Position numbers and translations under genes: made by a program. From Dendrobates tinctorius (Eukaryota), in the NCBI RefSeq assembly GCF_039654945.1, contig NW_027361677.1:5580001-5644000 (forward strand): a stretch of 64,000 nucleotides of DNA. The letters are read 5' to 3'. The notes under the pieces were generated by a model. The model was given only the letters and a program-made list of their open reading frames with translations, did no database searches and was not told the DNA's origin. Positions 1 through 13,440 of this stretch are shown here, piece after piece (the first letter of the stretch is position 1; each line of letters starts with the position of its first letter).

Positions 1-4
1 TATA

Positions 5-1457
<1,453 letters not shown>

Positions 1458-1844
1458 TAGGAAGAACCTATAGCGAATCCCATACAGTGAATACCAGAGG
1501 AATTAAACTTTATTGGGATATTGGGGTATTAATGGCCCCAATATATTAGCTGGGGCAATCCTCAAGTTACGGTACCGATTTCTGTATATTTTTTTTTTTC
1601 GTTTTGTCATTATTTTGTTCCCAGGGACCTGAACATGTAAAATGTTCAGAGAAAATTCTGATTATCCAGGGTAAATGTAACACCGAATGTGTGAACCGGA
1701 CCCCTAGAGCACCAAGGGAACATGGACGAGAGGGGACATGGGGCACAGGGCGGGCGGCTAAAGTAAGGGTTGTGTAATGACAGCATGGAAGGAATTGGTA
1801 GAGGCAGTGCGTGTAGTCAACAGTCTAATATTTTGCCAATGAGG

Positions 1845-3790
1845 CACAGAACATGGGGGTTACAGTACAACAAAGCACAAAAGCATGGGGGTTACACTCC
1901 AGAGAGGTGCATAAGAATGGGGGCTACATTAGAAAGAGGCGAACAGATGGGGTTTATACTACAAAGAGGCACAGAAGCAGGGGGGTTATGCTCCAGAGAG
2001 TCACACAAGCATTGGGGTTACCCTACAAAGAAGCACACAAGCATGGGGGTTCCACTACAAAGAGGCACACAAGCATGGGGGTTACACTACAGAGAGGCAC
2101 ACAAGCATGGGGGTTACACTACAGAGAGGCACACAAGCATGGGGGTTACACTACAATTAGGCACACAAGCATGGGGGTTACACTACAATTAGGCACACAA
2201 GCATGGGGGTTACACTACAAAGAGGCACACAAGCATGGGGGTTACACTACAAAGAGGCACACAAGCATGGGGGTTACACTACAATTAGGCACACAAGCAT
2301 GGGGGTTACACTACAAAAAGGCACACAAGCATGGGGGTTACACTACAAAGAGGCACACAAGCATGGGGGGTTACACTACAAAGAGGCACACAAGCATGGG
2401 GGTTACACTACAATTAGGCACACAAGCATGGGGGTTACACTACAATTAGGCATACAAGCATGGGGGTTACACTACAAAGAGGCACACAAGCATGGGGGTT
2501 ACACTACAAAGAGGCACACAAGCATGGGGGTTACACTACAATTAGGCACACAAGCATGGGGGTTACACTACAATTAGGCACACAAGCATGGGGGTTACAC
2601 TATAATTAGGCACACAAGCATGGGGGTTACACTACAAAGAGGCACACAAGCATGGGGGTTACACTACAATTAGGCACACAAGCATGGGGATTACACTACA
2701 ATTAGGCACACAAGCATGGGGGTTACACTACAATTAGGCACACAAGCATGTGGGTTACACTACAATTAGGCACACAAGCATGGGGGTTACACTACAAAGA
2801 GGCACACAAGCATGGGGGTTACACTACAAAGAGGCACACAAGCATGTGGGTTACACTACAAAGAGGCACACAAGCATGGGGGTTACACTACAAAGAGGCA
2901 CACAAGCATGTGGGTTACACTACAAAGAGGCACACAAGCATGGGGGTTACACTGCAAAGAGGCACACAAGCATGGGGGTTACACTACAAAGAGGCACACA
3001 AGCATGGGGGTTACACTACAATTAGGCACACAAGCATGGGGGTTACACTACAAAAAGGCACACAAGCATGGGGGTTACACTACAAAGAGGCACACAAGCA
3101 TGGGGGGTTACACTACAAAGAGGCACACAAGCATGGGGGTTACACTACAATTAGGCACACAAGCATGGGGGTTACACTACAAAGAGGCACACAAGCATGG
3201 GGGTTACACTACAAAGAGGCACACAAGCATGGGGGTTACACTACAATTAGGCACACAAGCATGGGGGTTACACTACAATTAGGCACACAAGCATGGGGGT
3301 TACACTATAATTAGGCACACAAGCATGGGGGTTACACTACAAAGAGGCACACAAGCATGGGGGTTACACTACAATTAGGCACACAAGCATGGGGATTACA
3401 CTACAATTAGGCACACAAGCATGGGGGTTACACTACAATTAGGCACACAAGCATGTGGGTTACACTACAATTAGGCACACAAGCATGGGGGTTACACTAC
3501 AAAGGCACACAAGCATGGGGGTTACACTACAAAGAGGCACACAAGCATGTGGGTTACACTACAAAGAGGCACACAAGCATGGGGGTTACACTACAAAGAG
3601 GCACACAAGCATGTGGGTTACACTACAAAGAGGCACACGAGCATGGGGGTTACACTGCAAAGAGGCACACAAGCATGGGGGTTACACTACAAAGAGGCAC
3701 ACAAGCATGGAGGTTACACTACTACAATGAGGAACAGAAGCATGGTGGTTACACTACAATGAGGCACACAAGCATAATGGTGACGCTCTA
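1845..3790. repeat. 32-bp minisatellite, about 60 copies
   Basis: Unit AAGCATGGGGGTTACACTACAAAGAGGCACAC (AAAG/AATT variants), degenerate at both edges. Confidence 0.97.
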
Positions 3791-5664
3791 AAATGGCACT
3801 CAAGCACATTCATACTCAGAGAGGCACAATACTGAAGTGTCTTTAGTTAGATCAGTGAAATGTAGGTTAGCTCTATAGTAGTAATTTGCCCACTAGCACG
3901 ATTAGTTTTTTTAGCTCGCTCTGGTGACAATAATAATGCTTCTGGCGTATCGCTCTCAGGCCTCACTCTCCACAATGTGAGGAGACTCTGTTCTCCACTT
4001 TCTCAGCCTCGTGTGTGGCCCCTACTCGGTCCAAGTACAATTTCCATTCTTTGCCACCCGTATAGTCATGTGCGAAAAGACCAGACACAGTTTCTAGCTG
4101 ACACTACCAAGAGCGGTCACGTTCCACTTACAGGCCTATGCCCAGCTCTTTAAACAAGGCTAAATACCAGCCTTTATACAGAGACGTACGTATCCGGCCC
4201 CAGGCGGTGACGCTACCCTCTGTGTCACAACGTCAGTATCTCTTCTATCAGATGACCTGTGTCAGCAGCCTCCAGCTCTGGCCGAGTCTCTCGGGAGCCA
4301 TATTACCCACCTATACCACCACCACTTAAAGGGGAAAGAACTATCTCTGCCTTCAAAAGGGTTTTCAACAAATCTATGGAAAATAGTTATATGTAGCTAA
4401 AACATGCCAAAATATTAAAACAGTTTTTAAAGGTTGGGCTAGAAGACATGTGAATTACAAAGATCACAAATGGACCAGCTCAAGACTAAAGATGATGATT
4501 AGTGCAACTATTGCAAAGAGTCTCAACCGCAAATCCCTGTCATATTTAAAGTGAATGTCAGCAGGCTTTTGACATGTAATCTGGTAGCACCATGATGTAG
4601 GGGCTGAGAGCCCGATTCCAGCGATGTGTCACTTACTAGGCTGTATGGTGTTGTTTTATTAAAATCAGTGTTATCACTGCAAGACTAGGTGTGTTGTGCC
4701 TGCATAACCCCACCCCCACGAATGATTGGCTGCTTTCTGTGTACAGGCAGAAAGTGGCCAATCAGTGGTGAGGGCGGGGTTACAAACAGCTCAGCATTCA
4801 GAGAACTGCTAGATATGTAGCAAATAAAATTGTGGTTTTATCAAAACTTCAGCAAAAAGCACAGTATATGACACATTACTGGAATCAGGGTCTGAGCCTT
4901 TCAGATTCCATTGCAAAAATCTGGAGACAGATTTCCTTTAACAAGAAAAATAATATTGCTTGAGGTGCTACGTTTCCCCAACAAAACTGTGTCCCCAATT
5001 ATAACTGAATGTAGGCTGTTGGGCGCTGGTGGTAAATGTCAGATGACGCATTCAATGATTCATTCATGTTATGATGAAAAAAAAAAAATGAGAACATTGA
5101 CCACATTAATACTGAAATGAAACTTCAAAAGAGATGTTTCATGAAACCTATAAAACACCTACGATTGCAGTCATGTAGTCCAAGAATGACTTTGTTATAT
5201 GGCACAAAAATATTACAAAACAGATAAAAGGAAACACTGTGGATCCAAATAATGGGGTGGACAAGCAAATGTTTCCCTTCTTCCTCCATAACCTCTGCCA
5301 AAGGCTGAGACCTGAAGATGGTGGCCAACTGTGGTCCTGAAGGACCAATCTTTGGTCAATGTTCTTTCCTGCTCTACCTTCTAAGTTAGATGAATAGTTT
5401 AGGGAGCAATGTGCTCAAAGTAGTTGTGGATTTCAGTGCTGAATCTGTGTAGAATTCAGCATCAGGTTCTGAATGTGTGCTTGGGCCCTAAGAGGGCAGA
5501 AAGTTTACAAGAGTAGCACCCATATGTAAGGAGGAGGATACAATGAGTGTAACGAGAGGTAAGCATTTATATGCTGTAAGCAAATGCAGCAAAATAATGG
5601 GAGCCAGTAAAAAAACCATAAACCCATGTATGTTCGCATAGGGGGCATACAAATGTCACTTTAA

Positions 5665-5953
5665 AGGGGTAGTCAGGCCTCTATGTGACTGCAGACTTAT
5701 GAATACTCACATCACATGCACTGAGTGCGGAGATGATGCTCTGGCGCCAGCGATGGTCGTGTGACATCAACTATGCAATTTGATTACTTTTGGCCACATT
5801 CAGACTAGACGTGTCCAGCCTCGATGCGACGCATGGCTAGTCGGCATGTGACCTAAATGTTTGCAAATTGCATACCGTTGCTGGTGAATCCTGACAACTC
5901 GCAGTGAGGATTCACAAGTCTGTAGGCTTGCAGATTAAGGCTGGACAACCCCT
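5665..5953. mobile_element. T2/Kolobok-type MITE
   Basis: TTAA|AGGGGTAGTC...GACAACCCCT|TTAA with internal palindromy. Confidence 0.75.
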
Positions 5954-6346
5954 TTAAAGCACTAAATCAAAAAGTGGGAAGAATGTTTTCCTTCTTTACA
6001 CAGAACATAATTGAAAACCAGTAGTATGATACAAAATTTTAAAAAAACGGCAGCACATAAACTCAAGATCTCTGCATCAAATTGTGACTTTACATCTAAT
6101 GATTGGTGCGAATTACGACAGCACAGTAGTTTCCATAGGTGTCGGATTTTCTATCACTAGTTGCAAGTTGCACGCAACTCACTTGCCATAGACTTCCATG
6201 TAAGTCACACTTTATCAGACCGCAAAATTGGTGCCCTAAAATAGTCACGCGACAGAAAGTTGCACAAATGTTTTTGGCTTTACGACTTGTCTGAGAACTG
6301 CACGTGTGTAGCCCCAGCCTAATGGTCATTGGTCTTTGCAACTCAC

Positions 6347-6643
6347 CTTTAAGATGGAGTGAAGATCTTCTAAAGTTGGTCTGACTTTTTTCACTTCTCC
6401 CGACACTTCCGTATTGGCATAGTGGTCATAGTTTGGGACGGCGTCAAGGGTATTATATCCAAATGTCCTCATGTAAAAGGTATTGGAATGGGTAAGATTG
6501 TTGGGGTTGAAGGTATCATACGTGGATTCTTGTTGTCCATACTGGGATTTGGTGCCGTCGTCTGTGCCGATCAAAGAGCGGATGGTGAAGCGACCACTGG
6601 ATGGGATGTTCTCCACTGAGGTCTCATCTCTGCTTTCAGCCAT
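6347..6643 (-). CDS. slc12a3: SLC12A3 (thiazide-sensitive Na-Cl cotransporter NCC), first coding exon; rest of gene lies beyond the window start
   Basis: MAE...SGRFTI...[28 protein letters not shown]...[14 protein letters not shown] matches the NCC N-terminus (RFxI SPAK/OSR1 docking motif, regulatory Thr cluster); donor AAG|GTGAGT, phase 0; lies downstream of NUP93 on the same strand as in human. Confidence 0.93.
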
Positions 6644-6698
6644 TTCATCACCTCACTGGTGCTTTAGGTTACTCGTTCCACTAAAATGAGAACATAGG

Positions 6699-6705
6699 TT
6701 TTATA
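6699..6705 (-). promoter_or_regulatory. Candidate TATA box of slc12a3
   Basis: TATAAAA on the minus strand 56 nt upstream of the ATG. Confidence 0.45.
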
Positions 6706-8934
6706 CTTTGTGGAACTAGTCAGAACCAAACCTAAAAATCACTAACCAGAATAAGAGACTATTAGATGCTTTGACTCCAAATGTCACAGCCTCGGGCAAA
6801 AAAAAAAAAGAAAACTTGCTTAGTGGCGGGTGGAGAACACATTGAGATGAGAGAGCTGATAGGAAACCACACATTGCGGAAGGGGTAGGGTAGACTTCAA
6901 ATCTAACTTCTGCTTCAACGCCTTAATATGGAACAGTAGAATATGATGTTTTTGATGGGTTCCTTTTGGGTTCTGCATTTTGCAGCTAAAAATAATTTGA
7001 TAATCAATATAGGGTCGATCACGTCATTCAGGAACTTATTCATGCTATATACTTGGCCTTTTGTGAAATTGTTCTCGAGGCTTTACTGACCATTGATCTC
7101 CCATCATATCATTAATGATCATCTTATTGGACCCGCTCCCGATTCTTATCTAAATCTCTTCAATGTAATCACAGTTTTTTTATGTAGATTTTAAAAGATT
7201 TTCTCCAAAAATCAAATAAACTGCTTAAAATAACTCTTTAATCGTAGGGAACATAACCTTAAAAAAAAGGACCTTTTACTGGACATTGGATATAGTCCCT
7301 CCTCTAATCGCCACTGTTTCACTAAATCTGGAACAGTTTTCCTTTTTCTTGTAGGCCCCTCCATTCCAAAGTTATGTCCCCTGGCAAAGTTTCCCTTCAA
7401 CTAATTGGGCGTATACCATAAAACTCCTCTGTGGGTATGGATGTGTTTTGATTGGCCAGCACCAGAGTAGAGGAGCAAAAGAAAACACCCACAAAGAAGT
7501 GTTGGAACAAATAATGTTGGAACAAAGTGGCACAGAAGAAAAAGGAAATCTGTTCCGGAATAAGTGGAGCAGAGACAATTAAAGGGCTATTCAGCTTAAA
7601 TTGAAACATCCAATGAAGGTAACTCATTAAAACCTCAATTCACTGACATAGTGATGTGTTGGAATACCAGATATGGTATGGGCAGATATGGTGCGGTTTT
7701 AGGACAGACCCATTTTTCTATCCGTTGCTTAACGAGTAACCATCACTTTAATTTTTATTTCTTAAATCAATAGTAAAAGTGAAAGTAAGAAACTTTGTAA
7801 TATATCTTTATAGAAATCTGCTTCTTTCTTCTGGACTGATCTTTCATTATCAATTCATGGGTAAAATCAGTATTCAGTGAAGTCAGATTATCACATTAAC
7901 TGAAATCGGAGATGACAGTGGGTGCTTATAACACTTTATGGAGGGAGGAGTTAGAGGTGGAGACAGACATTCCACTGCAAGTTCTCCAATCAAGGCAGTT
8001 ATAGTTATGCATAGAACTTTATGAGCACCAACTGTCATCTCTTATATGGAAAAATTAAGAATTTTGTAAAGGAAAGATCAGTTGAATAGGAGAAAGGGAT
8101 TTCTCTGATAGAACATATTAGAAAGTTTTCCAAATTTACATGCACGATCAATTAGCACAAAAATAAAATGGTTAAGAATGTGCTTTCATCTCTCATGTGC
8201 CATTAGATTCTAAAAGATGTTCACAAAACGAAGATTAAGAAATTAAATTATTCTCCTCTTACCTTTTGCCAAATTGAGCCCTTGTGCATGCTCGTACATC
8301 AGCGTGTCAGAAGCAGATGGTCCAGGAGTGGTATGCAGTTGATACTTCCCCCCCCTTTGGCAGTAACCAAAAATATCTATAAGTGTTATATAAAATTGCA
8401 TTTCTTTCCTGTACAGTTCCACGGCTTTTTTTTTCTGCTCTAGCACAATACATGTCTGTACTAACCAAAGCACTTGTCTATTATTAGAAGAATGCTGGTT
8501 TCCTTAATTCTATGTTATTTTGATAAATTGCTTTACTTTTTCTTTTCTTTTTATTAAGTTCATGACTATAAATAACAGGTATGTATTAACTTTCAACACA
8601 ACTCCATGCGAAACATTCCTCTAGGGGAAATATCTCTGTGATATAGAATTATGGGCCCTCTGTGTTCCGCCATTCAGGCTCTGTGCATACGACACCGAGA
8701 GGCATTTGCCACTGTGCCAGAAAGGATACTCCAATCTAGGACTGGAATAGCGTTTGGAGGAACTGGGCAGGCTCCTCCCCAAATCCACCAATTTTGGGGG
8801 AGCCAATTGAAACTGGTGTGAAAACAGCAAGATTTGCAAAATTGTTGCGCAACTCTGCGTTGGACAAAATTTTTCGCAATTTTTCAAAGCAGTCCCCTTG
8901 TATAGAAAAGCACAGCAGACTTTTATGCAATCTG

Positions 8935-10205
8935 TGTGCAATCTAAGTGTCATATGTCTGTCAGTATATACACTTTACCTTTTCTGAAAGGTCACATAGG
9001 CTGCAACACCATTAACAAGAGGCACCACTAACCAATCACTATGAAGACCAAGGAGCTCTCCAAACAACACCATGAACACGAAGTAGAACTCTGAACAACA
9101 CCATGAAAACCAAGTAGATCTCCAAAGAACACCATGAAGAACAAGTAGATCTCCGAACAACACCATGAAGACCCAAGAGATCTCCAAACAACACCATGAA
9201 GACCAAGGAGATCTCCAAATAACACCATGAAGACCAAGGAGATCTCCGAACAACACTATGAAGATCAAGTAGACCTCCAAAGAACACCATGAAGAACAAG
9301 TAGATCTCCGAACAACACCATGAACACCCAAGAGATCTCCAAACAACACCATGAAGACCAAGGAGCTCTCAGAACACCACCACAAAGAATGAAGAGGTCT
9401 CCGAACAACACCATGAAGACAAAGGAGATCTCTGAACAACACCATGAAGACCAAGTAGAACTCTGAACAACACCATGAAAAGCAAGTAGATCTCCAAAGA
9501 ATACCATGAAGAACAAGTAGATCTCCGAACAACACCATTAAGACCCAAGAGATCTCCAAACAACACCATGAAGACCAAGGAGATCTCTGAACAACACCAT
9601 GAAGACCAAGGAGCTCTCCAAACAACACCATGAAGACCAAGGAGATCTCAGACCACCACCACAAAGAACGAGTTCTCCGAACACCACCATGAAGACCAAG
9701 TAGATCTCCAAACACCACCATGAAGAACAAGTAGATCTCCGAATGACACTATGAAGACCAAGGAGATCTCCAAACAAAACTAAGAACATCTCCAAATAAC
9801 ACCAGGAAGATAAAGATCTCAAAACAACACTATGAAGACCAAGGAGATCTCAGAAAAACACCATGGACAAAGTTGTTAAGAATTACAAGTCAGGGTTGGT
9901 TCATAAAAAAGTATCCCAATCTGTGATGATCCCCCAGAGCACCATCAAATCCATTATCATCAAATGGAAAAAAACATGGTACCAAAATAAACCTGACAAG
10001 AGAAGGCCACCAACCAAAACTCTCAGCCCGGGCAAGGAGGTTATTAATCAGAGAGGCAGCACAGAGACCAAAAGTAACCCTGAAGGAGCTGCAGAGTTCC
10101 CAGAGATTGGAGTATCCGTCTATACCACCACAATAATCTGTACACTCCATAGAGGTGGCCTTTCTGGAAGATTGGGCAGAAAAAAAAGCCTTTACTTACA
10201 CACAA
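8935..10205 (+). mobile_element. Old Tc1 relic (second family) with an internally expanded minisatellite
   Basis: Leader then ATG AAG ACC AAG GAG CTC TCC AAA CAA (MKTKELSKQ) at 9041; after the array it resumes DKVVKNYKSGLVHKKVSQSVMIPQSTIKSIIIKWK, then a frameshifted GRPPKL-type motif. Confidence 0.8.
9041..9865. repeat. 31-bp minisatellite, about 26 copies
   Basis: Unit CCATGAAGACCAAGGAGATCTCCAAACAACA. Confidence 0.95.
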
Positions 10206-11085
10206 ACATTGCAAGGCAGCTGTATATGAGAATTGTGTAGTAATTGCTGCAGGATAATTAAATACTTGCTTCTGGGTCCTCCCTACAGATACAGCTGATC
10301 ACTGGGGGATCTCAACAGCAGGATCATTGCATCTTCTGAAGAACCACCTACAGGCACTCATACATAGATGAAAGTCAAACATCTGAGTTATATGGGGCCT
10401 CCTGACATGTTGAGGAAGAGAAGGATTACGAGTAATTTTGTTTTTCAGGGGTCAAGCACTCATTTATGGGGGGAGTAGGGAGCGAGCGTTGTCTGCTGAA
10501 TGAACGTCGTCCCACAGATTGCTCATGTGTGTCTGGCTTTACAAACATGGACTGTACGAAAACATTTTTTCAATTTTTGACCAAATCCGGATCTGCTGTG
10601 AAACTTTCTACAAAGGGTCAAACAAATTTTTTTTTTTTTTCATTTGCAATGCATCAGATTACAAGACAAGTCTTCAGTCACATGTAGCTGTAATTGACCC
10701 AACAGATCGAAATCTTTACCAAAAGCATTTCAGACTGCAGTCACATTAGTAGGAGGACAATGACCCGTGCAGTATCCTGAAAAGGTAATGGAAAAAGTGT
10801 ATTGTCTGCCCTAAGGGTAAGAGGAAATTTATGGTCGGTGGAATTAACTTTACATATGCTGGGGAGAGTAACGCAGTACAAGGCTCAACGAGAAGAGGAT
10901 GAACGCTACAAGAGAATTTTCTTCTAGGTTAAAGTAGCAAATATTCATGTTGACTAATCTATTAGCGAGGTCCAAAGGATATTTCAGTTCTAAAAGGGTA
11001 TCACCTATCCACATAAGTGATAACTACTGGATTGGTGGAGCTTCAACCACTGATTGCCAGAACAGGAGACATGTTAAAGGGAATC

Positions 11086-11284
11086 TTAATAATCTTTATT
11101 TTTATATAGCGCTAACATATTCCGCAGCGCTTTACAGTTTGCACACATTATCATCACTGTCCCCGATGGGGCTCACAATCTAGATTCCCTTTCATTATGT
11201 TTTCTTTTGGAGTGTGGGAGGAAACAGGAGAACCCGGAGGAAACCCACGCAAACACGAGGAGAACACACAAACTCCTTGCAGAT
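11086..11284 (-). mobile_element. V-SINE fragment, 5'-truncated
   Basis: Minus strand carries V-domain GTTCTCCTCGTGTTTGCGTGGGTTTCCTCCGGG...TTTCCTCCCACACTCCAAA and tail GCGCTATATAAAAATAAAG(ATT)n. Confidence 0.8.
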
Positions 11285-11512
11285 CTTTCACCTATGTAAT
11301 CTGAGAGCAGCAGCATAATATACAGTCAGTGATCCGATTCCAGTGTTCTGTCACTTACCAGGCTGCTTGTTACATTTTTGATAAAATTCCTGTTTTAGCT
11401 GCTGCAGATCTACCAGTTCTCTGACTGCTGATTGGCAGCTTTCTGCCTATTCACAGTGTACACAAAAAGCAGCCAATCAGTGGTGGAGGCGGGGTATACA
11501 GAACTCAATCAT

Positions 11513-11961
11513 TCAAGGAACGCACCCGACTTACCTTTCGCAGCAAGCTTTGTCAGGGGCTGACCCCCTGACGAAGCTATATGCAAAACGCGCGTTGGGT
11601 GCGTTCCTTGATAGGTGAGGCTTTTTGGACACCACTGTCTATTATTACAGCTATGTGACATCCCTCCAATTCATTTTCCGGCTACCAACACAGCTTTAAA
11701 GCATTATTTTGGTCTCTATCCCTTATCAAGTAGCCGTCTTTAATGCCTATGTTTTATTATGATTCTTCATAATTTTGCCTCATACATTTGGGAGTGCCAT
11801 TAGTTGTCTACTCACTGTAGTATTTTATACATTCAGCCTAGAATATCTACTTGTCTTAGAATGTCTAATGTCTCAATGGAGCTCATTTTTTTAATAGTAG
11901 TTGTAGCATATACTACTTTTTCATCACTTTTCTATTTTTTCTTGCAGGATCAGAGTGACCG
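11513..11961 (+). mobile_element. Probable Penelope-like element terminal-repeat fragment
   Basis: Hammerhead-like motif followed by donor TAG|GTGAGG (11615), an AT-rich tract and acceptor TTTTTTCTTGCAG (11947); no ORF evidence. Confidence 0.45.
11564..11600 (+). ncRNA. Degenerate minimal type I hammerhead ribozyme (Penelope-like-element style)
   Basis: CCC-CTGACGA-AGC TATAT GC-(G>A)AAA-CGCGCG-T(C>T)-GGG: core boxes, short stem II and palindromic stem III; G12 is mutated. Confidence 0.65.
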
Positions 11962-12424
11962 AAACATGGATTTTTGTGAGTACTCACCGTAAAATCCTTT
12001 TCTCCGAGACGCTCATTGGGGGACACAGAGACTGTGTGGTGTATGCTACTGCTGTCTGGAGGCTGACACTAGGTATACAAAAAAAACAAGTTAGCTCCTC
12101 CTCCGCCGCATACACCCTCGCCGTGATAGCGGGCGGAAACCAGTTTAGTGCAAAAGCAGTAGAACATAAAAACAAATTAGCCTTAACGCAGAAAGTCATA
12201 TGTCTGAAGAAGGACCACCCTACATTAAAAAAGGAATTATAGTAATTAAATAAACAAGAGCCAAATGGCTAACAGGGTGGGTGCTGTGTCCCCCAATGAG
12301 TGTCTCGGAGAAAAGGATTTTACGGTGAGTACTCACAAAAATCCATGTTTCTCCTTCGTCTCATTAGGGGGACACACAGACTGTGGGATGACAACTCACC
12401 GATCCAAGCCGCATGCCCTCCTGT

Positions 12425-13440
12425 CTAAAGGTGTGCCACTGCTGCTTGGAGAATTTTTCTACCCAGGCTCGCATCCGACGAGGCCTGAGTATGCCCATTG
12501 TAATGCTTACAAAAAGTGTGCAGGCTGGACCAGGTTGCTGCTTTGCATACTTGCTCTGCCGAAGCCTGGTGCCGAAGCGCCCAAGAGGCGCCCACTGCCC
12601 GAGTAGAGTGCGCCCCTATCCCTGTTGGAATCAGTGTGCATCTAATACGGTAAGCCTCCTGAATAGTTAGGCAGATCCATCTGGCTATGGTCGACCGTGA
12701 GGCTGCGAGCCCCTTCCTGCGCCCTCCGGGAATCACAAACAACGAGTCTGTCTGGCAAAAAGGTGCTGTTCTTGCCACGTACCTCCTGAGAGCTCTTACC
12801 AGATCCAACGTGTGGAGCGCCCTTTCCACTCTGTGTACTGGCGCTGGACAAAATGAAGGCAGAACAATGTCCTCATTAATATGGAAAGAGGACACGACCT
12901 TCGGCAGAAATGGCTGCAGTGGTCTAAGGACTACCTTATCCTTAAAAAAGTCAGAAATGGAGCTCTACAAGATAATGCTCCCAACTCCGAGACCCGCCTA
13001 ATGGAAGTTATGGCTACCAAGAATACAACCTTCCTGGAGAGATATGGCAATGAAATTTCCTGTAACGGTTCAAACGGGGCTTCCTGCAGGACACTCAGGA
13101 CCAGGTTAAGGTCCCAGGCATCTATGGGTGCTCTAAAGGGGGGTACCAAATGAGAGACCCCTTGAATGAATGTCCTGACCTGCATATTGGTAGCGATCTT
13201 TCGCTGGAAAAGGACCGACACGGCCGATATCTGCCTCCTAAGGGAACTCAGAGCCAACCCTGCGTCTAGGCCGGACTGAAGAAAAGCCAGGATGTTGGGG
13301 ACCGAGAAGGATAATGGCGCAACCCCGTGTTCTCGACACCAATGAAAGAAAACCTTCCAAGTGTTATAATAAATTCTCGCCGAGGCCGGCTTCCGGGCGC
13401 TAACCATTGTAGCAACCACTTCACGCCCAAACCCCGCCGT
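12425..13440 (-). pseudogene. DIRS A tyrosine recombinase, frameshifted
   Basis: AITSIRRVSEL, AHSTRAVGASWA, AATWSS..TFCKHY. Confidence 0.9.

Noticed and set aside
1770-3791. Many repetitive ORFs (GTQAWGLHY...)
   Set aside because: Translation of the 32-bp minisatellite in all frames; not genes
1460-6340. Search for slc12a3 exon 2 (RFGW.KGV)
   Set aside because: Not found by eye; presumably beyond the window start
7200-8800. Possible L1/Tx1 ORF2 remnants (also ~27230-27450)
   Set aside because: Only faint motif similarity; boundaries cannot be supported
8975-9822. Hydrophobic 251-aa ORF resembling a membrane protein
   Set aside because: Antisense reading of the 31-bp tandem array
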